A stretch of 63,595 nt of DNA from Fidelibacterota bacterium (GTDB lineage: Bacteria; Fidelibacterota; UBA2242): the NCBI GenBank assembly GCA_018002295.1, contig JAGNGI010000005.1:1-63595 (forward strand), given 5' to 3'. The notes beneath the pieces are model-generated. The model ran no database searches. It was not told where the DNA came from and saw nothing but the letters and a program-made list of their open reading frames with translations. This document shows positions 1 through 10,320 of this stretch, piece by piece. Within the stretch, counting starts at the first letter, position 1, and each line of letters starts with the position of its first letter. A program made the translations under genes and the position numbers.

Positions 1-303
1 TTGATACCCAAAATAATCGAGAATTGCCTTTAGAAAAAAAGTAAGAGAGAAACAGGTACCGCCTAATTTATATTTTTCATAGTCGCAGATGATTTCCTGA
101 GGCCAGCGGAAATGATTTTCGTCCCAATTTTGGTTCAGACTAAGGATTTTGCTGATATTTTCATAGGGAAGAAGTGAAAATTTGCGAAGAATACTGGTGA
201 CGTGGTTTATGGAAGGTAGTGAAGATTCGATACGGAATAACTTGCAGAAATATTTTACCCCGTCGCGGTGTCTTTCGGTATTAAGGATTTCAGAAGATAC
301 CAT
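1..303 (-). CDS. Arylamine N-acetyltransferase-family protein, 3'-truncated by the window edge (not in the ORF track)
   Basis: Manual translation from ATG at 303 (alternative in-frame ATG at 357) stays open to position 1: MVSSEILNTERHRDG...LPYENISKI...KLGGTCFSLTFFLKAILDYFGYQ. PYEN and GGxCF match NAT-family motifs. Confidence 0.7.
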   Translation of the reverse strand, partial: MVSSEILNTERHRDGVKYFCKLFRIESSLPSINHVTSILRKFSLLPYENISKILSLNQNWDENHFRWPQEIICDYEKYKLGGTCFSLTFFLKAILDYFGYQ

Positions 304-484
304 AGTCAAAATTAAATGACCGACATTAGACATCAAAGAGATGTTTATAGAATTCATAATAAAGGCAAGCCATTATTTTTCTATAATTAGGCTTATCCTT
401 TTGTCATAATAGTAGAGGATTTTGACCAAGTACGATTTATATGACACAACATTTCAGACTTTCAGAAAGGGAAAACCGTTTGAC

Positions 485-2290
485 TTAGCTTTTAATTGAC
501 TGGTAAATTACGATCCGCTGACCGGGATAAATTGGTTTGCGACCATCCAGATCGTTCCACGATTTCAATTTTGTAAGACTAACATTGTATTTATTGGCGA
601 TTGAAGTTAAAGTATCTCCTTTTTTAACGACGTGGATTACTTTAGTACTGCCCTTGGGATTGTCGGAAGGTTCTATCTGGCTGGCTAGATTAGTAGGTAC
701 CTTGAGTTTTTGACCAACCTGTATATGGCTATTATGAATATTATTCATTGATCTTATTTTACTTACACTGGTATTATACTTTTCAGCAATTTCACTTAAT
801 GTTTCACCTCGTTGGACGACATGGGTTACTACATTAGTTTGGGACGATTTTTTTTCAGGTGCCGAATAATAGGAGCCAGTCGGTATCAGGAGCACTTGAC
901 CCACACGTAATTGGTTGCGATTACGAAGGTGATTGGCAGAAACTAAAGCCGAAACCGAGGTGCCATATTTACGAGCAATTGAACTCAAGTTTTCACCTTT
1001 CCGAACTTTATGATAAACCACCTCGGGTTTTACGTCCTTTGGTTCTGGTAGTGATACCAATTTTTCTGTTAAACCCTCGGCTTTACCTTTGGGTACCCGC
1101 AGTACATATTGATTATCATTAGCTGGGGTCATCCAGCGTCGCAGTTCGGGATTATATTGCCGCAGGATGTCGGGTGTAGTTTCACAAGCTTTGGCAATGA
1201 CATCGAGTTCATAGCAACGATCTATTATCACTTCTTCCCATTCCCAAGTGGGTGTGGTGGGTGTGGTAAGTCCATACTTTTCCGGATCTTTGGCAATGAT
1301 TGTGATAGCCATAAAGGATGGGACGTAATTCCGAGTTTGGGAGGGTAACGAGCGTAATTTGAAGTAGTCACGGGTGCCTTCGCGTCTGATAGCACGCCAG
1401 ACATTACCTTCACCGCAATTATAAGCCGCTAAAGCTAAATACCAGTCGTCAAATTCTTCATAAAGCTTTCTAAGATATTTAGCTGCCGCATGGGCAGACT
1501 TAATCGGATCACGACGCTCGTCTACATACCAGTTACGCTTTAGACCATATTTGGCGCCAGTACCAGCGATAAATTGCCATATTCCGGCGGCATGGGCATA
1601 AGAATAGGCATTAGGATTATAGCCGCTTTCTAAAATTGGTAAATAAATAATTTCTTCCGGTACGTTATATTTTTTTAGAATCGGGAGATAATGATCTTTA
1701 TATTTATTGAATGCTTCAAGATATCTTTGAATTACGGGGGCTTGCTGACCGGAATAATATATTATAAGTTTATCGATTTTTTTGGATCGAACGATTGGAA
1801 TATGTCCTGGTCGGTCTTCGACCACGATTAAGGTATCATTGCCTATATCGACCGTATCTAATGGTGTTACAAATAATTCCTCTCCTACCGAAACTATCAT
1901 CACTGAGTCAGTTTCTTCTATCAAGTACGAAAAATGGGTTTGATAGTCATTTGATACCATCTCATTAAAACGGTTGAAGTCATCTTGTTCAACCAGAGTC
2001 AGGCTATCAAGTTCACTGATTTCGGCGATAATTTCAAATATGCGATCAAAACAGTATTTTACGGCGGCTGTGTCATTATAATAAGAAGATACTAAAGCAT
2101 CTACATAGAATAACTTAGCTTCATTGAAAATAAGTTCAAAAATATCATTCCCAGAATTATCTGATAGTTCTTTCTCTTCTCCATTGTTGTTATTTATTTT
2201 TTCATAGGAATTATTAGCAGATAATGCTACACTAATTGTTATCGTCATCCAAAATAATAAGATTAATCTCAATTTCTTTCTATTATTCAT
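485..2290 (-). CDS. mltD: MltD-like lytic murein transglycosylase with three C-terminal LysM domains
   Basis: SLT motifs PILESGYNPNAYSYAHAAGIWQFI and ALAAYNCGEG; three LysM repeats (HKVRKGENLSSIA, HVVQRGETLSEIA, HVVKKGDTLTSIA); N-terminal signal-like segment; GGAG RBS. Confidence 0.88.
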   Translation of the reverse strand: MNNRKKLRLILLFWMTITISVALSANNSYEKINNNNGEEKELSDNSGNDIFELIFNEAKLFYVDALVSSYYNDTAAVKYCFDRIFEIIAEISELDSLTLVEQDDFNRFNEMVSNDYQTHFSYLIEETDSVMIVSVGEELFVTPLDTVDIGNDTLIVVEDRPGHIPIVRSKKIDKLIIYYSGQQAPVIQRYLEAFNKYKDHYLPILKKYNVPEEIIYLPILESGYNPNAYSYAHAAGIWQFIAGTGAKYGLKRNWYVDERRDPIKSAHAAAKYLRKLYEEFDDWYLALAAYNCGEGNVWRAIRREGTRDYFKLRSLPSQTRNYVPSFMAITIIAKDPEKYGLTTPTTPTWEWEEVIIDRCYELDVIAKACETTPDILRQYNPELRRWMTPANDNQYVLRVPKGKAEGLTEKLVSLPEPKDVKPEVVYHKVRKGENLSSIARKYGTSVSALVSANHLRNRNQLRVGQVLLIPTGSYYSAPEKKSSQTNVVTHVVQRGETLSEIAEKYNTSVSKIRSMNNIHNSHIQVGQKLKVPTNLASQIEPSDNPKGSTKVIHVVKKGDTLTSIANKYNVSLTKLKSWNDLDGRKPIYPGQRIVIYQSIKS

Positions 2291-2362
2291 TTCACTCCAT
2301 TCTATATATTTTTGGGTGGGAAATTATTTCAAACAAAACTTAATGTCAAGAGCATTTATTAA

Positions 2363-2842
2363 TTAAAGTTGAAATATGGTATTTATCAGGTCGGAAGTTG
2401 ATTTGCCACGAACCAGGGGAAATACAATTACCTTCCCCCCATAAGATTCGACAAATTCACTACCAACAATAGCATCCGGGCGATAATCACCACCCTTGAT
2501 CAGAAAATCAGGCTTAATGGTTTGAATTAACTCTAAAGGGGTGTCTTCATTGAATATTACTACATAATCTACAACTTCCAGAGCGGCAAGAATCCGAGCA
2601 CGATCTAATTGAGTGTTAATTGGGCGCTGAGGACCTTTTAAGCGTCGTACTGAATCATCTGAATTTAAACCGACTATCAGAATATCACCTAATTTCCTAG
2701 CATGCTCCAATAGTTCAAGATGGCCAATGTGAAGAAGATCAAAGCAGCCGTTGGTGAAGGCAACCTTTCGGCCTTCTCTTTTGAGTCGACTAACGATTTG
2801 GCTGACTTGTTCACGCGTGATTATTTTATCATTTTTGGGCAT
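2363..2842 (-). CDS. rfaE2: D-glycero-beta-D-manno-heptose 1-phosphate adenylyltransferase (RfaE2/HldE C-terminal type)
   Basis: FTNGCFDLLHIGH (HxGH), VGLNSDDSVRRLKG, IKGGDY, STS motifs. Confidence 0.9.
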   Translation of the reverse strand: MPKNDKIITREQVSQIVSRLKREGRKVAFTNGCFDLLHIGHLELLEHARKLGDILIVGLNSDDSVRRLKGPQRPINTQLDRARILAALEVVDYVVIFNEDTPLELIQTIKPDFLIKGGDYRPDAIVGSEFVESYGGKVIVFPLVRGKSTSDLINTIFQL

Positions 2843-4229
2843 ATTTTTCTAACGGACATAATTTACAAATATTCATGTTACAATACCGACGTGTAAACTC
2901 AATTATTCCCTGAGTTAAATAATTTTGGTGCAAAGTGATAGTATCCAGTGGCAATCGGTTCAGAGCAACCTTAACTGATCCCGGCACTTCAAGGCACTCA
3001 ACCTGCTCCGCGAAAGTCGCGGCTTTATCAATTAATTCATACTGATTGTCGAGGGACGCTATCGCCCAGCTGAATGGCAATAGCAGATTACTCAACAAAT
3101 CATTAAGGCGCTGAACGCCGATCAGCATTTTTCCCGGCTGTTGTTTCAATAATGGATGATTGCGCCAGAGTCCGTCCGGTTGTTGAAACATTTCACTTGC
3201 ATAGCGTCGAATATCAGTAAAATTTTTGGCATTTTGAATTACTCTTAACCAAGTTTCAGCTAGATAGTTAGGATAAAATTTATTAATTATCTGGGCCAGT
3301 GCCGCAATCCGCAAAGTCGGAAAATTCGGCGGTCGCGATCCGGCGAAATGCCAGTCCGCTGATTCCAATTCTTCCAGTTCGTATTTTTGCGATATTTTCA
3401 CCCAGATTTTATATAAACCTTCTGAATATTTTGTATTTCTGATGAATACTTTTAATTCAGGTTTGGTCAGAAATCCAGCCGAACCAAATAGAAGACTTTC
3501 CAATACTATAATGCGCTGTTCGGGATCAGTATCTCGTAAAATTTTCCGTATCAATTCAAGGGTCACTTTTTGGCTTAGTATTCCAAACATTTTCCGATTC
3601 CGACTGTATCCCAGCACATCAGCCAGTCCTTCATATAATGTCTGCTCAGCGCCTTTTGTTAAAATCAGTGAGCGCCATATTTGGGCTTTACGTTTGAAGC
3701 GAATTTCGGCGAATGTTTTTAGAACTTGGTTGAGATCGTCGTTAGATAGATGTTTCCAGCTTAAGCAAGCATATTCATCAGGTGCTGAGATCGCAAATGG
3801 CGTTATGATCAATGTGGGAATAATACGGTTGTCACAAGATTTTATCGGTAGTAATTTACCTGAGTTTAAAACCACGTGTAAAATCACATTATTGTAATGA
3901 GGGTCCCGGTCGTGTCCATGGCTGTACCAGTCATTCGATTCGAGATGTAATTCAACGTCACCTCGCTCGAACTTTTCATTTAACATAATCAAAGCATCGT
4001 GAAAATCCGGACCTTCAGTTTCGTTTCGATTCCCGGGTGATAATATACTGAGCGAGTAACCTTCAACCGTTTGCAAATCCGCGAGATTGAATTCCTGATT
4101 CAACCAAGCTTTGTAAAGGGATTTTTCCTTTTTGGTAATGGATATTTCTGGTTCGGCAATCCGGTTTGGGATACAGTTAATCAAGGCTACCTTGCTTCCT
4201 TTTTTCTTCGTATTGTTCCTTTTGGACAA
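2829..4229 (-). CDS. DUF2851-family protein
   Basis: PGNRN..EGPDF.DA, GDVELH...SNDWYSHGH..DP.YNNVILHVV, NFPTLRIAALA and a C-terminal C..C..CP motif are typical of this family. Confidence 0.8.
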   Translation of the reverse strand: MSKRNNTKKKGSKVALINCIPNRIAEPEISITKKEKSLYKAWLNQEFNLADLQTVEGYSLSILSPGNRNETEGPDFHDALIMLNEKFERGDVELHLESNDWYSHGHDRDPHYNNVILHVVLNSGKLLPIKSCDNRIIPTLIITPFAISAPDEYACLSWKHLSNDDLNQVLKTFAEIRFKRKAQIWRSLILTKGAEQTLYEGLADVLGYSRNRKMFGILSQKVTLELIRKILRDTDPEQRIIVLESLLFGSAGFLTKPELKVFIRNTKYSEGLYKIWVKISQKYELEELESADWHFAGSRPPNFPTLRIAALAQIINKFYPNYLAETWLRVIQNAKNFTDIRRYASEMFQQPDGLWRNHPLLKQQPGKMLIGVQRLNDLLSNLLLPFSWAIASLDNQYELIDKAATFAEQVECLEVPGSVKVALNRLPLDTITLHQNYLTQGIIEFTRRYCNMNICKLCPLEKYAQK

Positions 4230-4890
4230 TCATTTGGTTACGTAAATCAGCCACGCAATCATTCATTGTCGGATAATCACTCAAACGGACTTCTTTCCCA
4301 ATATGCACTTCGACTATTCCGGGAATGATCGAAAGACTCTTGTTCGGTACACAATGCCGAGCTCCGAGAATCAATACCGGAAGAATCGGCAAGTTATGAA
4401 TTTCAGCCAGCCGGAAAGCGCCCTTTTTAAAAGGTGCAATTTTACCATCGTAACTGCGAGTGCCCTCTGGACTGACAGCAATACTGAGCCCGTTCCGGAT
4501 TAATTCTTTAGCAACACGGTTAATTACCGTATATGATTTGCGAGGTCTTTTACGGTCAACTGGTATATGACGCGCCAGATTAAGTGTCCATCCAAAAAGA
4601 GGAATCTGAAATAATTCCTTTTTTGCCATAAAACGAATAGGAACTGGTAAAGCCGCCATCAAGATCGGAATATCCAGAGCACTTTCATGGTTGCTAATTA
4701 CGATTTTTGAACCTCGATTTACTATATTTTCAAGGCCATGAACCTGTAATTTGACTCCAAGAAATTGGAGAATCATCTGCGACCATTTGCGCATCATTGT
4801 ATTGTGGCTACCCGGCAAAGCCATACTCAGGCTACCAAATACAATCGTAACTAAAACTACCCAGATTACAGCAAAGAAATTCCTAATCAT
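4177..4890 (-). CDS. plsC: 1-acyl-sn-glycerol-3-phosphate acyltransferase
   Basis: NHESALD (NHxxxxD), FMAKKELF and SPEGTRS motifs. Confidence 0.9.
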   Translation of the reverse strand: MIRNFFAVIWVVLVTIVFGSLSMALPGSHNTMMRKWSQMILQFLGVKLQVHGLENIVNRGSKIVISNHESALDIPILMAALPVPIRFMAKKELFQIPLFGWTLNLARHIPVDRKRPRKSYTVINRVAKELIRNGLSIAVSPEGTRSYDGKIAPFKKGAFRLAEIHNLPILPVLILGARHCVPNKSLSIIPGIVEVHIGKEVRLSDYPTMNDCVADLRNQMIVQKEQYEEKRKQGSLD

Positions 4891-4897
4891 ATAAGAA

Positions 4898-5554
4898 CTA
4901 TCGATAAGTTACTTGTAGTTTTTCGGATACATTAAATAAACGATACAATTCTGCAACCTCTGCTTTGCTCAGGGTTCTAATTTCTCCTATTTGTTTAGCC
5001 AGCGCCACAATTCGAAAGACATGCTCGGCGCGTTCGGTCTTGTAATAGGCATCCAATAAATCCTTGCCGACTGTTACTAATCCATGATTTTGGAGTAATA
5101 GCACATCGTTTTTCTGAGCCGCATCGGCTACTATATCTGCCAATTCTTGAGTTGAAGGAGGTTTATACGGGATTAACGGGATTTGCCCGATTGATACGAT
5201 AGTTTCAGGCAAGATTGGATCCGTCAATCCCAGACCAATTACAGCCCAAGCAGTGGCATAAGGCGGATGTGAATGAATGACTGCCTTGACCCAATCACAT
5301 CGTTTATAAATCGCCAGGTGCAAGCGGGATTCTGACGAAGGACGATTTTTATCTAATGGATTTCCAGATAAATCTATTTTAGCTATTTGAGAAGGTTTCA
5401 CCGCACCTTTGGATACATTAGTCGGTGTAATTAAAACCATTTCCGAATTCAAACGCATACTGAGATTGCCGTCATTAGCCGCAACATAACCATTGGCATA
5501 GATTTTCTTGCCGATTTCGCAAATAAGTTTTCTATATTTTCTTTCACCTGTCAT
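4898..5554 (-). CDS. Class II aldolase/adducin family protein (FucA/MtnB-like; substrate not assignable)
   Basis: DGNLSMR, PSSESRLH, IHSHP and LLQNHG metal-binding motifs. Confidence 0.85.
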   Translation of the reverse strand: MTGERKYRKLICEIGKKIYANGYVAANDGNLSMRLNSEMVLITPTNVSKGAVKPSQIAKIDLSGNPLDKNRPSSESRLHLAIYKRCDWVKAVIHSHPPYATAWAVIGLGLTDPILPETIVSIGQIPLIPYKPPSTQELADIVADAAQKNDVLLLQNHGLVTVGKDLLDAYYKTERAEHVFRIVALAKQIGEIRTLSKAEVAELYRLFNVSEKLQVTYR

Positions 5555-6828
5555 TTTTTAGTCCTTATCTGATTAAATCCAGTATATTTCTGTAAAACCT
5601 GCGGAATTATGATTGTGCCTTCTGGCGTTTGGCAAGTTTCGAGTAATGCAATCATAAGTCGGGGAGTGGCTACACCAGAACCATTTAAAGTATGCACGAA
5701 ATTTACCTTATTATCGCTGGTTCGGCGGTAACGGATATTTGCCCGGCGTGCCTGAAAGTCCTCAAAATTACTGACACTTGAGACTTCGAAATATTTACCA
5801 CTTCCCGGTGCCCAAACTTCGATGTCGTAACATTTAGCCGCCGCAAAACTCAAATCAGCCGAACAAAGTTCCACCACTCTATAATGGAGATTCAAAGCCT
5901 GTAAAATATCTTCGGCGTCCCGCAGTATCTGTTCGTGCACTTGGTAGGAGTTCTCAGGCGTGGTGAACCAAACCAACTCCACTTTATTAAATTGATGCAC
6001 GCGTGATAAACCGCGGGTATCTTTGCCATACGAACCGGCTTCCCGTCGAAAACAGGCAGAGTAAGCTGTATATTTAATCGGCAGTTGGTTTTCCGGAAGT
6101 ATTTCATCACGATGAATATTCGTTACCGGTACCTCTGCTGTCGGGATTAGAAAAAGGTCCTCAATTTCAATGTGATACATATCTTCTTCGAGTTTAGGTA
6201 ACTGACCGGTACCGAAGGCTGATTCACGGTTAACCATAAATGGCGGAAAGACTTCCTGATATCCGTGATGATTCCGATGAAAATCCAGCATGTAATTGAC
6301 TAAGGCGCGCTCGAGAGTAGCACCATCTCCGATATACATAGGAAATCCCGAGCCTGAAATTTTGGCAGCTCTTTTCATATCAAGAATTCCCAGTGCTTCT
6401 CCTAAATCTAAATGATCTTTTAAGGGAAAATCAAACTCCGGTTTGTGTCCCCATTCTTTTATAGTAACATTATCAGCGGCTGATTTTCCGATTTTAACAC
6501 TTGTGTGCGGTAGATTAGGTAAAGTAATTAGGATACTATTTATCTTTTCATCAATTTCTTTCAATTTATGGTCAAGGTTACTGATTTGATCGCCTACCGA
6601 GCGCATTTCCAGGATCTTTTCTGCGACTGGTAATCCTTTTTTTTTCAATTGGCCAATCTCGTCACTGACCCGATTGCGGACAGCCTTCAATTCATCAGCT
6701 TGGTTAATGCATTTTCGGCGTTCGCCATCCCATTTTAACAGCTCATCCAATTTATCGCCGGCATTTTTGGCTTCCAATCCTCGCCGAAATTTTTCCGGTT
6801 CGTTTCTAATTTGTTTAATGTCTAACAT
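5551..6828 (-). CDS. serS: Serine--tRNA ligase
   Basis: MLDIKQIR start, coiled-coil arm, LIPTAEVP, FRREAGSYGKDTRGL.RVHQFNKVE, EVSSVSN, HTLNGSG. Confidence 0.97.
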   Translation of the reverse strand: MLDIKQIRNEPEKFRRGLEAKNAGDKLDELLKWDGERRKCINQADELKAVRNRVSDEIGQLKKKGLPVAEKILEMRSVGDQISNLDHKLKEIDEKINSILITLPNLPHTSVKIGKSAADNVTIKEWGHKPEFDFPLKDHLDLGEALGILDMKRAAKISGSGFPMYIGDGATLERALVNYMLDFHRNHHGYQEVFPPFMVNRESAFGTGQLPKLEEDMYHIEIEDLFLIPTAEVPVTNIHRDEILPENQLPIKYTAYSACFRREAGSYGKDTRGLSRVHQFNKVELVWFTTPENSYQVHEQILRDAEDILQALNLHYRVVELCSADLSFAAAKCYDIEVWAPGSGKYFEVSSVSNFEDFQARRANIRYRRTSDNKVNFVHTLNGSGVATPRLMIALLETCQTPEGTIIIPQVLQKYTGFNQIRTKK

Positions 6829-6920
6829 TCATTCTCCATTTCAACCTTATAAAATAGAAAAAATTTTGGAATGATAATAGAGTATATTATAATCTAATCG
6901 TTATTTCCAGTCGCTAATTT

Positions 6921-9464
6921 TCAGACGTAGCTGGTGCGGTGTTTACGCCGTAGTCCAATTAATAGAGTCTGAATGATAATTTTTAAGTCTAAAATAACTG
7001 ACATATTTTCGATGTAATATAAATCATAGCGCAATTTTTCGCGTACATCATCAATGGTTTCATCGTATTTATATTTAATCTGCGCCCAGCCGGTGATTCC
7101 GGGTTTGATGATTAAGCGACGCGAGTAAAATTGAATGGAACGTTCTAACTCATTAACAAAATAATCCCGCTCGGGACGCGGTCCCACAATGCTCATATCA
7201 CCCATTAGGACATTGAAAAATTGCGGAATCTCATCGAGCCCAGTTTTTCGCAAAAATTTACCGAAACGGGTGACTCGCGGATCATTTTTTTCAGCCCATT
7301 TCGGTCCGGTTTCCTGCTCGGCACCCTGAACCATCGAACGGAATTTAATTACTTCAAATTCGCGACGATTTTTGCCAATTCTTTTTTGTTTATAAAATAC
7401 CGGTCCCGGAGAGTCGAGTTTAATTATCAAACTTATGATTAGCCAGATAGGTAGAAATCCGATTAAAACTACTAACGAAATAATGATATCAATGAGCCGT
7501 TTCAATACCCATTCCCAGGTTTTCATATTAGAGCCGAAAAACTTTACCAATGAGACTCCATAAATGTGACTGGTTCGAAAACCGGTGAGTAGATTGTAAA
7601 AATCAGGCAGTAATTTGATCGAAACGTTGTACCTTGAAAACAGATCAATCATATCAATAACCTGATTCATATTATTGTCATCAAGGGCAATAATGACTTC
7701 TTTAATTTTTCTTTTTTTAATAATCTCGGGAATGTTTTCAAAACTACCAATAATCGGTACCCCTTCAATTATTTTCCCGATATTTCCATTGGCGTGATCA
7801 TCAACCATTCCAACTATGTTAAATTTTAACTCAGGGACAGAATTTATTTTCCGAACTACATTGAGCGCACGACGTGAAGCGCCGATAATTAATGTCGGAC
7901 GTTTTTTAAATTCTAACAAATTGTATTTTTTCAAAATAGTAATTAATACTAAACGACCAACACTAATACCAGTAACCAGAAAAATACCATAAGTGACTAA
8001 TATTCGCCTCGAAGGAAGAAAGGGAATTTTGAATTCAAAACTCAGAAAGAATAATACAATCGTGCCGAAAAATATTATTTTAAAAACAGTAAATATTTCA
8101 TCAACTCGCGAAGTATCCCATTCAATTCGGTAAAGATTATTCAAGCCCAATAACGAAGTCCAATAGATAACTGACCAGGCGATCCATAAAATTAAATTAT
8201 AGGGAGTCAACAATTGCTCCGGTAAAAGATTGGGAACAATCTGCCAATAATAAACCGCTAAAAACGAACCAACGATAAATAAGACATCACTCAAGAAAAA
8301 GATAAAGGATTGAATAAACTGCGACGTATCAAACGGGATAAATCTTGGCTCTGAATGTCCATTGCTAAATCCATTGGTCTTGCTGTTATTATTGGTACCA
8401 TTGGGCACAACGATTAGGTTTTTCTCGATCTCAAAATAACCCAGTCGGCGTATCACTAAACCTACAAAAATTGCACCGGCGAATAAAATTGTCACGATCG
8501 CCCGATTATCAAGGTAAATGAAAGAACAGCCGATAAATCCGGCAATAATACTTAAAAAATACATTACCTTGACCGCATTTTTATGCGAAAATCCAATTGA
8601 CATTAAACGATGATGAATATGTTCCTTATCCGCCATAAATGGGTTCATATGCTTATTGATTCGTCGGAAAAAGGAAATTGTAGTATCCAATATCGGTACA
8701 GCTAAAATCGTAAGCGGAATAATAATATCCAGACAATTAGTGTGACCAATTCGGCCTACTTCTAATGAAATAACTGCCGTTGAAAAACCAATAAAAAGCG
8801 AACCAGTATCACCCATAAAGATTGAAGCCGGATGAGAATTGAATTTTAAAAATCCTAAGTTAGCTGCAATAAATAATAGACAAACTAAGGCTACCAATGT
8901 TCGACCGGAATGTAATGCTACTAATGCAAAAGCCAGAAAAATAATCGTAGAAACTCCAGCCGCTAGTCCATCCAATCCATCCAGCAAATTCATCGCATTG
9001 GTTATAAATACAATCCATAATATCGTAAAGATTATCGAAAACCAACCTAACCCAACCTCACCAATAATCGGAATATATAAAGATTCAAATCTTAAGCCAC
9101 CTAAAACCACGATGATAGCCGCGAGAATTTGGAAATAAAATTTGGTAGAAAAACGTAACTTTTTAATATCGTCGTACAATCCTACCAGGGCGATTAGCAC
9201 ACCGGTTATACCTAGGAAATAATATCGCCGCGGGACCTCTTCAGCGACCATAGGTAATAAATAGATTGATAATACGGTACCAATTATGATTGACAGGAGA
9301 ATTGCCGCACCACCTAAATAAGGCGTAAACACTTTATGAACTTTCCGTTCACTGGGCATATCGCCAATATGATAACGGAGAGCTATCTTGCGTGCTAGAT
9401 AAGTCAATCCTAACGCGCATATATAGGTAGTCAAAAAGACTGCTAATAAAGATGCCAAAGCCAC
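6921..9464 (-). CDS. Fusion of a WecA/MraY-type polytopic phosphoglycosyl transferase (about aa 1-345) and a WcaJ-type large monotopic sugar transferase (about aa 375-847)
   Basis: N-half: [33 protein letters not shown]. Asn/Gly/Ser-rich linker. C-half: TM bundle, Rossmann-like LIIGAS region, [47 protein letters not shown]. One continuous 847-aa ORF, GTG start with GGAGG RBS. Confidence 0.88.
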   Translation of the reverse strand: MALASLLAVFLTTYICALGLTYLARKIALRYHIGDMPSERKVHKVFTPYLGGAAILLSIIIGTVLSIYLLPMVAEEVPRRYYFLGITGVLIALVGLYDDIKKLRFSTKFYFQILAAIIVVLGGLRFESLYIPIIGEVGLGWFSIIFTILWIVFITNAMNLLDGLDGLAAGVSTIIFLAFALVALHSGRTLVALVCLLFIAANLGFLKFNSHPASIFMGDTGSLFIGFSTAVISLEVGRIGHTNCLDIIIPLTILAVPILDTTISFFRRINKHMNPFMADKEHIHHRLMSIGFSHKNAVKVMYFLSIIAGFIGCSFIYLDNRAIVTILFAGAIFVGLVIRRLGYFEIEKNLIVVPNGTNNNSKTNGFSNGHSEPRFIPFDTSQFIQSFIFFLSDVLFIVGSFLAVYYWQIVPNLLPEQLLTPYNLILWIAWSVIYWTSLLGLNNLYRIEWDTSRVDEIFTVFKIIFFGTIVLFFLSFEFKIPFLPSRRILVTYGIFLVTGISVGRLVLITILKKYNLLEFKKRPTLIIGASRRALNVVRKINSVPELKFNIVGMVDDHANGNIGKIIEGVPIIGSFENIPEIIKKRKIKEVIIALDDNNMNQVIDMIDLFSRYNVSIKLLPDFYNLLTGFRTSHIYGVSLVKFFGSNMKTWEWVLKRLIDIIISLVVLIGFLPIWLIISLIIKLDSPGPVFYKQKRIGKNRREFEVIKFRSMVQGAEQETGPKWAEKNDPRVTRFGKFLRKTGLDEIPQFFNVLMGDMSIVGPRPERDYFVNELERSIQFYSRRLIIKPGITGWAQIKYKYDETIDDVREKLRYDLYYIENMSVILDLKIIIQTLLIGLRRKHRTSYV

Positions 9465-9624
9465 TACATTCCTCCAGCCAAGATTACTAAATGAATATTA
9501 AATTTCTACTCAAAACATAAGATTTACAGTTTTTCTAAGTTGATAAATTTTAGGGTTATTTAAAGAATCGAGGCCGGTACCAAGTTGATTTAGTCTTTTT
9601 CCTCTTCTTTACTCATCGTGATTA

Positions 9625-9653
9625 AATCTACAAGTATTTTTTGATGAGGTCAA
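9625..9653 (-). promoter_or_regulatory. Sigma70-like promoter for the WecA-WcaJ fusion gene
   Basis: Minus strand TTGACC (9653-9648), 17 nt spacer, TAGATT (9630-9625). Confidence 0.55.
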
Positions 9654-9666
9654 GTAAAAAATATTT

Positions 9667-10320
9667 TTATCTAAAAATCATTTCCTCAGTAATAACTACT
9701 TTTTTATTAATAACCGCCAAAATCGTAAGTAATATGATTCTAATATCTAATTTGAGGCTCCAATTATTAGCATAAGCTAATTCTAATCTTTTTTTATGAG
9801 GTAAAATTACTTTCCTGTCATACTCAAAGGGATTATTCACTGTTGCTAATAATTGATCTTCATGATGATAAATTAAAGAACCTGCACCAGTAATACCGGG
9901 CCGCATTGTATAGTATTGAACAATTTGCATTTCAGATAATGTTGTGGCTAATTGTTCGCGAACTAATGGACGCGGTCCTACTAAGCTCATATCACCCAAT
10001 AAAACATTTAATAGCTGTGGCAGTTCATTTATTTTTGTCTTGCGCAAAAACTTGCCAAATTTAAATGGCCGATTGTCATTTGCTGTTGTAATGTAACCCA
10101 TTTTTTCAGAGCCTTTAGGCATCGTTGTGAATTTATAAACATAAAAATCATTTCCATTATAGCCGACTCTTTTTTGAAGATAAAATACATCTTGTTTTTT
10201 AAGTTTCAATCCGATCGTGACAAAAAAAAAGATTGGTGAAGTAATAAATAACCCCAGAATAGCCATAATTTTATCAATGAGATATTTACTAAATAAGGTT
10301 CGATTTTTATTTTCGACCAT
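9667..10320 (-). CDS. Small monotopic sugar transferase (PglC/Bac_transf family) with an Asn-Glu dyad
   Basis: KFTTM, GKFLRKTKINELPQLLNVLLGDMSLVGPRP, RPGITG. The start is placed at ATG 10320, overlapping the legC end, rather than 10347. Confidence 0.88.
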   Translation of the reverse strand: MVENKNRTLFSKYLIDKIMAILGLFITSPIFFFVTIGLKLKKQDVFYLQKRVGYNGNDFYVYKFTTMPKGSEKMGYITTANDNRPFKFGKFLRKTKINELPQLLNVLLGDMSLVGPRPLVREQLATTLSEMQIVQYYTMRPGITGAGSLIYHHEDQLLATVNNPFEYDRKVILPHKKRLELAYANNWSLKLDIRIILLTILAVINKKVVITEEMIFR

